A stretch of 64,000 bases of DNA from Carcharhinus longimanus (Eukaryota), in contig JASCQW010000072.1 in NCBI GenBank assembly GCA_030264375.1, positions 54,618,822 to 54,682,821 of the forward strand, in the 5' to 3' direction. Made by a program: the position numbers and the translations under genes. Each line of letters begins with the position of its first letter. Within the stretch, counting starts at the first letter, position 1. Positions 40,010-52,242 of the stretch are shown piece by piece. The notes beneath the pieces are model-generated. The model did not search any database. It saw nothing but the letters and a program-made list of their open reading frames with translations, and was not told the DNA's origin.

Positions 40010-40625
40010 AGACAGAAACATAGAAACTAGAAGCAGGAGGAGGCCATTCGGCCCTTCAAGCCTGCTCCACCATTCATTTTGATCATGGCTGATAATCAAA
40101 TTCAACATCCTGATCCCTCCTCCCCCCTCCGTACCCCTTGATCTCTTTAGCTCCAAGAGCTATAGCAAATTTCTTCTTGAAATCAGACTATTTTTGGCTC
40201 AGCCACATTCTATGGCAATGAATTCACCACTGTCTGGGTGAAGAAATTTCTCCTCATCTCAGTTCTAAAAGGTTTACCCCTTATCCTCAAACTGCGACCC
40301 CTAGCTCTCGACTTCCCAACCATTGGGAACATTCTTTCTGAATCTATCCTGGGAAACCCTGTTAGAATTTTATAAGTTTCTGTGAGATCCCCTCTCACTC
40401 TTCCAAACTCCAGTGAATATAATCCTAACCGACTCAGTCTCTCCTTATATGACAGACCTGCCATCCCAGGAATAAGCCTGGTAAACCTTCACTGTGCTCC
40501 CTCTGTAGCAAGGACATCCTTCCTCAGATAAGGAGACTTAAACTGTACACAATACTCCAGGTGTGGCCTCACCAACACCCTGTACAATAGCAGGAAAACA
40601 TCCTGAACCCTAAACTCAAATCCTC
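40010..40625 (-). mobile_element. CR1 LINE 3' end
   Basis: LYRVLVRPHLEYCVQF.SPYLRKD; GLSYKERLSRLGLYSLEF..RGDLTETYKIL; RRNFFTQ. Confidence 0.9.
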
Positions 40626-41689
40626 CTCTTGTGTAATTCTGTATCATGTATTTGAGTATAATAATGCCCCTGTGAATCTTCGTGGAATGTTTTATCACGT
40701 TAATGGCAATATTTAAATAGACGTTGTTGTTGTTCCCAGCCCTGCTGTTCTGTAACTGACAGATTTCCTGTTTTTTTTGTTCCCTCAGTGGTGTTTTTAT
40801 TGTCGTCTATTTTGTTCTGATCTGCTGTGAGGGACCCAGGTGAGTTCCTGTCTGCGCTGCCTGCTGAATGTTGGTCTTATTCCCAACACGGAGGGTCTTT
40901 TCCTCGTTGAGCTGATTCCCCCACCTCCCGGGATCCCCCCACAAGGTGCCCATGTGCACAGGGCTGGAGAGGACTCATCGACCAGGGGGTTTGTCATGGG
41001 AATGCAGTTGTGTTCCCTCAGCGTCTGTGGAACTGCCCCCTTTTCCCCACCCTCACAGCCTCCTGCAGGAGGGGGGTGGGGAACCAACCCCTGGGGAAGT
41101 GGCAGTTATTGACCACAGAATGATGCTGACAGATGGAGGCCATTCTGCCCATCTCGTATGTGCTGGTTCTTTGAAAACTCATGCATTTATTAAATCCCCC
41201 ATTTGTATTTATTTAGGAGGAAATTTCCCTGGAATGTGATCCTCCTGGCTATTTTTGTAAGTATTTTTAAAATTCCTCAGTAATTTATCTGTTAATTCAG
41301 CCTCACACCTTCTCCGTCCCAGCGTTCTGCTAAATGAAGCAATGCCAGCTGGACCATCCCTCACAGCATTGACCCAACTCCATTCCGATATTTGTCTTGA
41401 TATCTACAGTCACCGTGTCTAAGTCCAATTTCAGCCAGCCTCCCGGTGCTCTGCTGTATCTCACTCTGATGAACTGTCGCGCCCACCCGGTGGGGGGGGG
41501 GGGGTCACATTGAAACCACTTCAATAACATCTCCCACCTTTGCCCCGTTTCAACTCTCCTGCTGCTGAAACTCTGGTCCTGCTCACTAATACCTGGGGGA
41601 TTAGCAGGGTAAATATGTGGGGATGCGGAGATAGGGCCTGGGTGGGATTGTGGTCAGTGATGACTCGATGGGCCGCATGTCCTCCTTCT

Positions 41690-42197
41690 CATAGAATCAT
41701 AGAACCCTACAGTGCAGAAAGAGGCCCTTCAGCCCATCGAGTATGCACCGACCACAATCCCACCCAGNNNNNNNNNNNNNNNNNNNNNNNNNNNNNNNNN
41801 NNNNNNNNNNNNNNNNNNNNNNNNNNNNNNNNNNNNNNNNNNNNNNNNNNNNNNNNNNNNNNNNNNNATGCATCACCTCACATTTTTCTAAATTAAACTC
41901 CATTCATCAGCCCATTGGCCAAATTGATCAAGATCCCGCTGCAGTTGGAGATAACTTCCTTCACTGTCCACAATGTCACCAATCTTAGTATCATCTGCAA
42001 ACTTACTAACCATGCCTCTATATTCTCATCCAAATCATTAATATAAACGCCAAAAATCAGTGAACCCAGCACTGATCACTGAGGCACACCGTTGGTCACA
42101 GGCCTCCAGTTTGAAAAACAATTCTCTACAACCACCCTGTGGCTTCTGTCAAGAAGCCAATTTTGTATCCATTTAGATACCTCACCCTGGATCCAGT
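41690..42197 (-). mobile_element. CR1/HER1 LINE fragment spanning a gap; HE1-like SINE 3' part adjacent at ~41595-41690 (+)
   Basis: MEFNLEKCEVMH, FADD-type RT motif, ATAGAATC-type tail. Confidence 0.8.
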
Positions 42198-43870
42198 GGT
42201 GCCTCCCTGGAGATCCTCCTCCGTTCCATCCAGGAATAATGGGAGGTCCTCTTTTCTAAGGATGGGAATAAGAGGTCCTCCCAACCAATCACACGAAGAT
42301 GGGAGGAGATTGACAAGGAGGTGAGTGCTTGTGGTTAACAAAAAACACTCCGCCTGCAGTGCAAGAAGAGGATGAGTGATCTCGTGCACTTCATCAGGGT
42401 AAGTAAAACTCATTTCAAACTCATACCCTCATAAAGACATCAGGTTGTCTATGGGTTAGAGTCTACAGTGCTGTAACACACTACTAACAGGTCAGACATG
42501 AGTACTGAATGTCTGTCAACCACTTTCGGCTCACCATCTCATCCAGGTCTCTGCACAAGCGGCATCTTAATTGATAGAGGGCTCAGCATAGACAACAAGC
42601 GGACATGGTTCTGAACTGCTCTTTCATCACAATCAACCCATCTGCCTTTATGCAGGATAAGATTGCCACAGCAGAATGGAAAGCGCCAAGACTGGAGAAG
42701 GGTCCCCAGAATTGAGGACAGTCTCCTCCCATGAGGAGTAGGTGAAAAAACTTGCTGGAGAACATAGAGCTTGTTCTTATGCAGAAGGTGAGATCAATCT
42801 CTCCCAGCAAGCCAGTGAGGATCCATCCAGTATGCACTGGCCACATGTGGATAATGACTGTAAATGACCTATAATGTTTGAAGCTGCCTAGTCAAATACT
42901 CATTATCTCTTCTATCTATTCCAGCTATCAGTAAATAAAGACAAAGACCATCCTCAAGAAAGCAGCTCAGCCCCAGCCCACAGACCAACTCAGATAAGGA
43001 TGCAAAGAAACATCAGATGAAGACCTGTCACTGCATTCTTCTGCATTCTCCACCAATGCATATACTTGGACCTTGGTGGGATCTAGGTCTAGAGTCAGCT
43101 CAGATTTGTAATCTGGCAATCACCTCAACAATGCAGGTCCACAGCATGTGGAGGCAGTGACAGTTGAGGTCTGTGATACTCGGAGGACAGGCTCCTGCTG
43201 AGTCTGAGTTCAATGATGAGACTCTGGAATCAGTCTTGAGAGAAATGTTGGAGATTCAGAGACAGGCAGGGAACATTACACAGAGTTGTAGAGTCTATCA
43301 GCAGACTGCAGTGAAGGATGGAGGAGTCTGTTCACGTTCTGCCTGATATTACAGCTTCAGCATGCAAGAAGTCCCCGTGGGAAGGGTGGTGGCCACCTTG
43401 GAGAGCCAGGTCTAGCAGTTTCTGCTGTATTTGCGGTTGGGTCTGTACACTATCACTCTAGCAATGGGTGCATTCCAGCAGTGGTTAGGCAAGAGGGGGA
43501 TGAGGCACCTCAACCTTTCTTCGGGTGCCCCTTCTCAAGTAATCAGCGAAGGGTCCTTTGACACCAAAAGGAAAGATGACTGCCAGTCACACACACCAGA
43601 AACACCCACTCAGGATATTCCAAGTGTATCCTGCCATTCCAAATCCCCTCGGTCAGTGACTCCATCGAGATGCACCTGTTGCAGAACAAGAGGCCCTGAG
43701 CAGACTGGGCCTATCAAGTCCTTGGGCCATCTGAGGACACCTGCCAATGTCATCTTACACAACAGGGCATAGCAGTCAGCAGACTGCATCGATCTCTATT
43801 GCAGATGTTGGGGCTGCACTAGACGTCAAAGTAGGGTTAAAAGAATTAAGAAGTTTTGAATGCATAATGA
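42198..43870 (+). mobile_element. Harbinger Myb/SANT-like gene fossil with intron structure
   Basis: From 42201: ASLEILLRSIQE*WEVLFSKDG...RRWEEIDKEVSACG*...QCKKRMSDLVHFIR|gtaagt; a second exon after cag at ~42655 reads DKIA..(frameshift)..AKTGEG; in-frame stops. Confidence 0.7.
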
Positions 43871-44089
43871 TGTCTCTGGTATTCATTCGCGTGTATACTT
43901 TTCATTATTGTAAATATAGTTTATATTTACCTCTCTCCAAGTCTCAAGTACTCAGTGGCTAATAAATGGGATGCAAGGTCCATGTTCATTCAAGGGTCTG
44001 AAAGTTATCTCCCTCCACCACCCAAATTATCTGCCATTTGGATCCATAGTTCCATTGAGTGAGAGTTAATCTCATTGTAGTGATTTATA

Positions 44090-44700
44090 GAATCAGAGTC
44101 ATAGAGGTTTGCAACATAGAAACGGGCCGTTCAACCCAAATTGTTCATGCTGCCCAGTTTTTAACCACTAAGCTAGCCCCAAGTGCCTGCATTTGGCCCA
44201 AATCCCTCTGTACACAGCTTACCTATGTAGCTGTCTAAATGCTTCTTAAAAGCCAAAATTTGGAGCCGCCTCTACTATTGCCTCTAGCAGCTTGTTCCAG
44301 AAACTCACCACCCTCTAAGTGAAAAAATTGCCTCTCTGGACACTTTTGTATCTCTTGCCTCTCACTTTAAACCGATGCATTCTTGTTTTAGACTCCCCTG
44401 CCTTTAGGAAAAGATGTTGACTATCTACCTTATCTACGCCCCTCACTATTTTATTGATCTCTAAGATCACCCCCAAGGCTTCAGGGAAAAAGGTCCCAGT
44501 CTATCCCGTCTCTCCTTATAATTCAAACCATCAAGTCCCGGTAGCATCCTAGTAAATCTTTTCTGTACTCTTTCTAGTTTAATATCCTTTCTATAATAGG
44601 GTGATCAGAACTGTAAATAGTATTCCAAATGTGGCCTTACTAATGTCTTGTACAACTTCAACAAGACGTCTCAATTCCTGTATTCAATGTTCTGGTCAAT
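44090..44700 (-). mobile_element. CR1/HER1 LINE 3' end
   Basis: Colinear with and highly similar to the 38795-39335 copy. Confidence 0.88.
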
Positions 44701-45319
44701 TTGTAAATAAAATAAAAATTTGTCTTTTTTTTCCACATCTGCAACATGAACAAAGGCACTTCATACATGAAGGTGATAGTTACACAATACATGCTCAATC
44801 CTTGGATCTCAGGCAGACGTTTGGTCTCAGAAGAATTGCTCATCAGGAAATTCTGAATGTCAGGGTTGTCGACGCACAGAAGTCTTTAGTCTGTGGATAT
44901 AGCAAGTATTTTTCGTGAGCAATATTAGAATCTTTTTTCCTGGGTGCACCTTGCAATGGTGTTTACTTTATGTCAGTGAATTTTTAGAAAAAGTAGTACT
45001 CATCGTTGAATGCTGTAGCCATCTTCCTATTGCATGTTTTTGTCTCTGCGTTATTTTTAGTTCCAAATTTCCCCATGCATGATGCTGAATGACTGAAGTA
45101 GGTAATTCTTGGTGATGTTTGGAATACCTACAAAAAGGGATTGTGTGTGATGTCTGAGATGTGTGCTCATCCTCATGAAGCCATCTATTTATTTGCTCCT
45201 GAAAAACTGCCTTACGGAGCTTTATGGAATCCTTCTGCAAAGGCACAATATGCCATCAATGTGGAATTCATTGCATGACTGTGCACCTTAGGATAGATAG
45301 AAAGAACTGGCTTTTATGA

Positions 45320-45438
45320 GATGTAGAGATGCCAGCATTGGACTGGGGTAAACACAGTAAGAAATCTCACAACACCAGGTTAGAGTCCAACCAGCGGTTG
45401 GACTCTAACCTGGTGTTGTGAGACTTCTTACTGTGTTT
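45320..45438. mobile_element. short Penelope-like palindrome with tail
   Basis: 43-bp arms 45350-45392 and 45396-45438, 3-nt loop; flanking TTTTATG(A/G)GATG duplication. Confidence 0.8.
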
Positions 45439-46239
45439 TATGGGATGGACAGTGTCAAGGGCTGTAATGCTATGAAAGCAGCACTTAGCACATTTGCTGA
45501 ATGTTCAGTAGGATCAATGACAAGAAGAAATTGTCATTCACTCCTGTGTCAATACTGACTGGACCACGACTTTCCTAAATGCAGGGCATAGACTTAGCAG
45601 GATCATGACTGCAAATAATCAAATAATGGTCCTGCTGAGCCACTATGAGGCCAGTGTGCATATAACTTGCAGTTTTGGATGTATGCTGTGGTGTAACAGG
45701 TCACTGCATCCTGATGTCCAAAGGAACACTGGCACTTAATAGCAAGATGAGGCCTCTGCATTATCCATCCACCACAGCTGGAATTTGGAGAGATGCTGCT
45801 GTCTGGATGTTGCTCACTCTTGAGATGGTCATGCACCAACCATTGATGAATGTTTTTTCTGTTTGCACCACCTTGCTAAGCTGCTGTCATACTGGCATCA
45901 GTGCATCCATGTGTACAATGGTGTTTCAGCTGCTTAAAGCTGCTATGCCCACTGACCTGTTGACACCATGGTTGAAAGGACTGCACTGCGTAGTTGGAGG
46001 TACACGAGTAGAGTGCTAATCACATTCCATTGCAGCCACATGGTCCATTGGCTTCCACACTTTCCAAGGAGGACCCCATTATTAGGCGAAGGTGACTGAT
46101 GCTTCTTTCATGATAATTGTGAGATTGATGACCTTTCATAATATATTGCACTGACAATGAAGGTTTTCTTGTTCCCCTGCATCAAAGCCTAAAGAGAACT
46201 TAGATTGTGAGAACTTAACATCAGCTTATTCCTCTTGGA

Positions 46240-46850
46240 ATTTTGTAGCTATGAGTTCCTAACAGGCACATCTGCTGTGAATTGCCCATGCAATGCCATC
46301 CTCATTTGGCTCATCTGAATCTTTACCATCTTCAAGTTCATCCCCTTCCAAGGAGACATCAATTCTCCCTCTGGCAAAACATCCCCGTTTTTCAGCACTA
46401 GGTTATGCAGGATGCAGCAAACAACAATGATGTGGGACACTTTCTGCTGTGACAATACTGCCTGACTGGTCTAAGTATTGGAAACACATCTTTAAAAGGC
46501 CAGCAGTTTGCTCTAATAAGGACCTTCTGGTGGAACGTGCAGCATTGCGTCTCTCCTTGGATGCATTCTATGTCCAACTAACAAGCATCATTAGCCAGGT
46601 CTTCTGTGAGTACCTCTCATCACCAAGAAGCCAACCCTCTAAGTGCCGAGGTCGTTCAAATATTTTTGGCACTTTGGAGTGACCCAAAATGTAAAAGTTG
46701 TGTGAGTTCTCTAGGTACCTAGCACAAATATGATCTGCTTTCTGTGATCACAAATTAGCTGCGTGTTCATGATGATCAGAGATTGCAATCCTTTTCTACT
46801 TATGAGTCGTACAGGCTGCTGCCAGGAAACTCTCAAACCATAGGTGTGTC
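46240..46850 (-). mobile_element. Harbinger/HARBI1-like DDE transposase pseudogene fragment
   Basis: MNTQLICDHRKQI..CARYLENSHNFYIL, GWLLGD and VSHIIVVCCILHNL motifs; frameshifted. Confidence 0.8.
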
Positions 46851-47049
46851 GACTATAGCGTACTGCCCTTGTGGGAAACCTGAGAATCTTCCAGCTCAGG
46901 CAGCCTGGTTTGCTTCATCCATATCGAACTGCACGTAATAGTGAACTTTATTGAAAACAGCATTTGTGTTACCAGTTGTGGGATTCCACAAAGATTCCCA
47001 GTCAAGCCTGGGCAAAAAGATTTAGTGCAACAGTAATAGAGCAATAGGC

Positions 47050-47145
47050 ACTGGCTACTCTCCAAGACAGATAGTCACCCAAGACTGTAATCAAACCTGG
47101 GTCCTTGGTGCTCTGAGGCAGCAACGCTAACCACCATGCTGCCCA
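47050..47145 (-). mobile_element. HE1-like SINE tRNA head
   Basis: ...CTGGGTCCTTGGTGCTCTGAGGCAGCAACGCTAACCACCATGCTGCCC; similar fragment at ~1085-1133. Confidence 0.65.
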
Positions 47146-47194
47146 TTACACTCCTATTTTAATTTGGCTCAATGCCTTAAATTAGGAATGTAGG

Positions 47195-48292
47195 AACATA
47201 AGAAATAGGAGCAGGAGTAGGCCATCTAGCCCCTCAAGCCTGCCCCGCCNNNNNNNNNNNNNNNNNNNNNNNNNNNNNNNNNNNNNNNNNNNNNNNNNNN
47301 NNNNNNNNNNNNNNNNNNNNNNNNNNNNNNNNNNNNNNNNNNNNNNNNNNNNNNNNNNNNNNNNNNNNNNNNNNNNNNNNNNNNNNNNNNNNNNNNNNNN
47401 NNNNNNNNNNNNNNNNNNNNNNNNNNNNNNNNNNNNNNNNNNNNNNNNNNNNNNNNNNNNNNNNNNNNNNNNNNNNNNNNNNNNNNNNNNNNNNNNNNNN
47501 NNNNNNNNNNNNNNNNNNNNNNNNNNNNNNNNNNNNNNNNNNNNNNNNNNNNNNNNNNNNNNNNNNNNNNNNNNNNNNNNNNNNNNNNNNNNNNNNNNNN
47601 NNNNNNNNNNNNNNNNNNNNNNNNNNNNNNNNNNNNNNNNNNNNNNNNNNNNNNNNNNNNNNNNNNNNNNNNNNNNNNNNNNNNNNNNNNNNNNNNNNNN
47701 NNNNNNNNNNNNNNNNNNNNNNNNNNNNNNNNNNNNNNNNNNNNNNNNNNNNNNNNNNNNNNNNNNNNNNNNNNNNNNNNNNNNNNNNNNNNNNNNNNNN
47801 NNNNNNNNNNNNNNNNNNNNNNNNNNNNNNNNNNNNNNNNNNNNNNNNNNNNNNNNNNNNNNNNNNNNNNNNNNNNNNNNNNNNNNNNNNNNNNNNNNNN
47901 NNNNNNNNNNNNNNNNNNNNNNNNNNNNNNNNNNNNNNNNNNNNNNNNNNNNNNNNNNNNNNNNNNNNNNNNNNNNNNNNNNNNNNNNNNNNNNNNNNNN
48001 NNNNNNNNNNNNNNNNNNNNNNNNNNNNNNNNCTCATCTTCATGTCATCAGCAAATTTTGTTACCCTACACTCAGCCCCCTCCTCCAGATCGTCTATGTA
48101 AATGGTAAACAGTTGAGACCCCAGCACCGATCCCTGCGGCACTCCACTAGTCACCAACTGCCAACCAGAAAAGCATCTATTGATTCCAACTCTCTGCTTC
48201 CTGTTAGATAACCAATCCTCAATCCATGCTAACACTTCACCCCCAACTCCGTGTACCCTAACCTTCTGCAGCAACCTTTCGTGACGCACCTG
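47195..48292 (-). mobile_element. CR1 LINE RT fragment spanning a gap
   Basis: HERLLQKV...WIEDWLSNRKQRVGIN..FSGWQLVTSGVPQGSVLGSQLFTIYIDDL...KFADD. Confidence 0.92.
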
Positions 48293-48868
48293 AGGAAGGA
48301 AGAAAGAAAGTGAGGGAGAAAGAAAACAATGGTTTCTGCTTCTGATCCCTATCCTCAGATCACTACTAAAAATGGGTATCTTTAGACACTGATGTCTTAC
48401 TCACCTACCCCAATTCCATCACTCCACCACGAACAGTTGTGCCTTCTGCTGTCCAGGCTCTATGTTCAGGAATTCCTCCACTTCTCTCTTCTCCTTTAAG
48501 ATCCTCCCTTAAGACCTACCTCATTGACCAAATGTTTGACCAACTGCCCTAATGGCTTCTTATGTGGCTTAATGTCAAACTTTGTCTGATTATGCTTTGT
48601 ACATTGTCAGTTAAGCTACTGAACTCAATGCTCCCTGAATTGGTGGGGGAAGGTACAGACTATCAGCTAGTGTTCCTGCTTTTGAACAATATCAAAAGTT
48701 GTTGATGTTGGTTGAGGGTAGGATTGCCCTTCATGGGCAAACAGCTTCACACTATTCACTGTCTAGGCTCATACGTGATGAACAGCCACTTATTTCAATT
48801 ACCAGTACCTTTGGAACTGCATTTTGGCAAAGGCTTGATGCTGGGGAACATGTAAGAAGAAAAATTAA

Positions 48869-49956
48869 GGGCCTGATTTTACCATTGCGTCACGCCCAAA
48901 AATGTGGTAAAGTTGGGTGTGAGGTTACTAATGCGATCCGCGCCCACGTCCACGCAGATTGCCACTTTACCGAAACCCGGGAATGGCGGCGATCCGATTC
49001 GCACCTGAAACAGGCTCAATGGCAATTTAAATGCTTTTGCATGCATTCGCTGTGTTCGCTGATCCGGAATCGCATCAAAATTAATCTGCTGAATGAAAGT
49101 CTGAATCGGACGCTCCTGCTGCTGAAGAGTGCATTCAGAGTGCATTCAGCACTTCCACTGGCTCTCTGACTCAAATCGGTGGTGCTTGGTGGGGGGAGGA
49201 GGAANNNNNNNNNNNNNNNNNNNNNNNNNNNNNNNNNNNNNNNNNNNNNNNNNNNNNNNNNNNNNNNNNNNNNNNNNNNNNNNNNNNNNNNNNNNNNNNN
49301 NNNNNNNNNNNNNNNNNNNNNNNNNNNNNNNNNNNNNNNNNNNNNNNNNNNNNNNNNNNNNNNNNNNNNNNNNNNNNNNNNNNNNNNNNNNNNNNNNNNN
49401 NNNNNNNNNNNNNNNNNNNNNNNNNNNNNNNNNNNNNNNNNNNNNNNNNNNNNNNNNNNNNNNNNNNNNNNNNNNNNNNNNNNNNNNNNNNNNNNNNNNN
49501 NNNNNNNNNNNNNNNNNNNNNNNNNNNNNNNNNNNNNNNNNNNNNNNNNNNNNNNNNNNNNNNNNNNNNNNNNNNNNNNNNNNNNNNNNNNNNNNNNNNN
49601 NNNNNNNNNNNNNNNNNNNNNNNNNNNNNNNNNNNNNNNNNNNNNNNNNNNNNNNNNNNNNNNNNNNNNNNNNNNNNNNNNNNNNNNNNNNNNNNNNNNN
49701 NNNNNNNNNNNNNNNNNNNNNNNNNNNNNNNNNNNGATCTGACACAGATGTGCTTTGTCCATTTTGTTCTAACTGTGCATGCACAGTTAAGAGCTCCGAT
49801 CGTTCCAGGCGCACTAAGCTCCGTCCACAGCACGAATGGGACCCGTGTTTTTTTTCAGGCTAAATGCATATGGAGGTGCCTGAAAGCAGATTTCTAAGTC
49901 GGATCTGCATTACGCCCAGATTCAGCATTTAGAATGAAAATGGTAAAATCAGGTCC
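48869..49956. mobile_element. non-autonomous PIF/Harbinger DNA transposon
   Basis: 18-bp TIRs GGGCCTGATTTTACCATT / AATGGTAAAATCAGGTCC (1 mismatch); TAA TSD at 48866-48868 and 49957-49959; CpG-rich; internal gap. Confidence 0.88.
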
Positions 49957-52242
49957 TAAGAGGAGAAAAATAAATGACAGGAACTGAACAGGTGAAGACA
50001 GTTGAGTGGGTGAATCATACAAACAAGGTCTGGGTCCATCCCAGAATTAGTTGTGCACAGTCAGAGTGCAACAATTTACATCCACTTTGTGAATCATGGG
50101 GGCAGAAAGCTGGCCAGGTTTTTGTTATCTCATTGCTACATAGTGATGAGCTCTGCCGCATGCAGACATCTGCGAGGATGGCCTTGGAATCCGGGGTGTT
50201 CTGGTTCAATTGGCGGTCCTTACTAAGGAGGCTTATCTGAGCTAGGTTGAGGCAGGATAATGTTGGGCTTTTGTGATCCTGGGTTAAAAAATTCAGTACA
50301 AATCCTTATCACTGTCCATGGGAATATGCACGGCAAGTGAAGAGATCAGCAGATTTGTCTATGATTGTCTTTCTCATCAAATAGCCTGTCAATCCTGGGC
50401 TCATACAGGCAGAATAGGAGACGACAGCAGCCAGTGTTCCTGAAGACCTTTCAAGTGTCAACGCTTCCCAGAAACAGTGGGAGGAATCAAAATATGGAGC
50501 ACTAAAGTACTTGAATCAAATATTGTGTAGGAGGTGTAGACCATTTTTCCTTTTGTTGATTCAACAATGATTTTTAAGTCAGAATAGTTATCTCCCCTCA
50601 CTGTCAAGCACAATGAAGTAATTCTGTTGGCTGAATTATAGCTGCTCCTTTAAGTTCCTAGCTACCCGGCATTAAACTGGGGATATTAGTGGGGTTGGAT
50701 GTTGACATGATGATGCTGATAGTCCTTGATACTTCTGACCTCCATGAATAGCGAGAAGATTCCTCCATGGTCCCATGTGTAACCATTCCAAGTGGGGGGA
50801 AAATGGCAACAAAATTGGGAAATGCGCATGTCTCCACTTCAGAGTTCCTTTCACAGAATTCTGGCATCAGTGCTACGGTTTTCAATCATCAATTCCCCTG
50901 GTCTGCAATAATTAATGTGATTTTATTTCCCACACAGCGCCTGCAGCATTCATGGATCTTTAGATTATGTTACCAATGCAAATGCAGGTTTGATCTCTTC
51001 TTGGGGAGCTAAGAGTATGTCTATGAAACTGGCATCCTTTGCTGAATAAGACAAGTTTTTCAGTGACATAAGTTTGAATTTAAACTGTCAACAAGATACT
51101 GTTGACAGTGAATCAAATCCAATGCACTTACATACCCAGGAATTTTTAAGAGAAGGGCCGCTCGTTAGCTCTAATAAGACTACCCCTTTTTAACAGATTA
51201 ACTAATAGAATAGCAACACAATCATAGCTAAGTATGCTAAGGCATTCCAGCACAGAAGGAGGAACTGAAACAGAAACTTAGGGAAGTTGAAGAAGCAGTG
51301 GAAGCCAAGGTTCAACAGGTAAAACAAGGAACAACTTTCAACCACTTGAAAGGGATGCCAGTGAGAGCAGTGAGGTAATGTTATGGAGGGACAACAGTGT
51401 TAGCACAGTGGGTGGCTGAGAATCAAATAGACTGCTATGCCTTTTTCACCAGAACCTGTGTAATGACTTGGCATGAAATGATCAAGTTTCCTCTCTGTAA
51501 CTTTTGTGTTACTAGCCAAGTATAATTCTGAGCAATAAATTACAATATCAGTGAGGTTGCAGAGGTCTCCCTCCCATCCTACCATCCCCTCATCCACCCC
51601 ACCATTTCCTACCTACTCCACTATCTCCCCACCCACCCACCTTCCCCGTTTCCAACTGATTCACTTGAACATTCCCCCCCACCCTATTTTTTTTCTGCCC
51701 ACGCTACTGTCTATTCAACTCTCTACTGACCTCCGACTCATCCAACTGTCCCCCACCAGCATCCTAACATCCATGTTACTCACCCAACCACCTTGACATA
51801 GCATTGCTTCCACACCAACTCAACTCTCTCCCCATCCATCCATTCTCCCAATCCACCTATCATTCTCTGGATTGAGCTGTTATTTGGGTGGAAATCATAC
51901 AGAAACTCCAGGCTTATGGGAACTGATGCATACAATCCCTATAGAGTGCAAGTGTGACACTAATAAATTTAGATCCTTTTCAGGTACTGGAACAAGCAAT
52001 CCTAACTGTGTGTACATTGTACTTACATAGATATGAATATGGTACTATAACAATAGATAAAATCCATAGAGTTGCAGTGAGTACCATGGGTACATTTAAT
52101 GGGAAACAAAATGAACATAAGAGAGAAAGGAATAGAATAGGCTAATGTGATGAAAGAAAGTTGGGGGTGGAGGAGGTTTACAAGGAACACAAACAATGGC
52201 ATATAACAATCAAGTTGAATAGGGGGATAGAGTTGAGTGGCC

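Noticed and set aside
44720-45290. Cys-rich coding-like fragment on the minus strand
   Set aside because: Interrupted and not assignable by eye; probably a degraded transposon.
47234-49863. Long ORFs of 187-351 aa
   Set aside because: Their length comes from translating N gaps; the only real coding part is a CR1 RT fragment.
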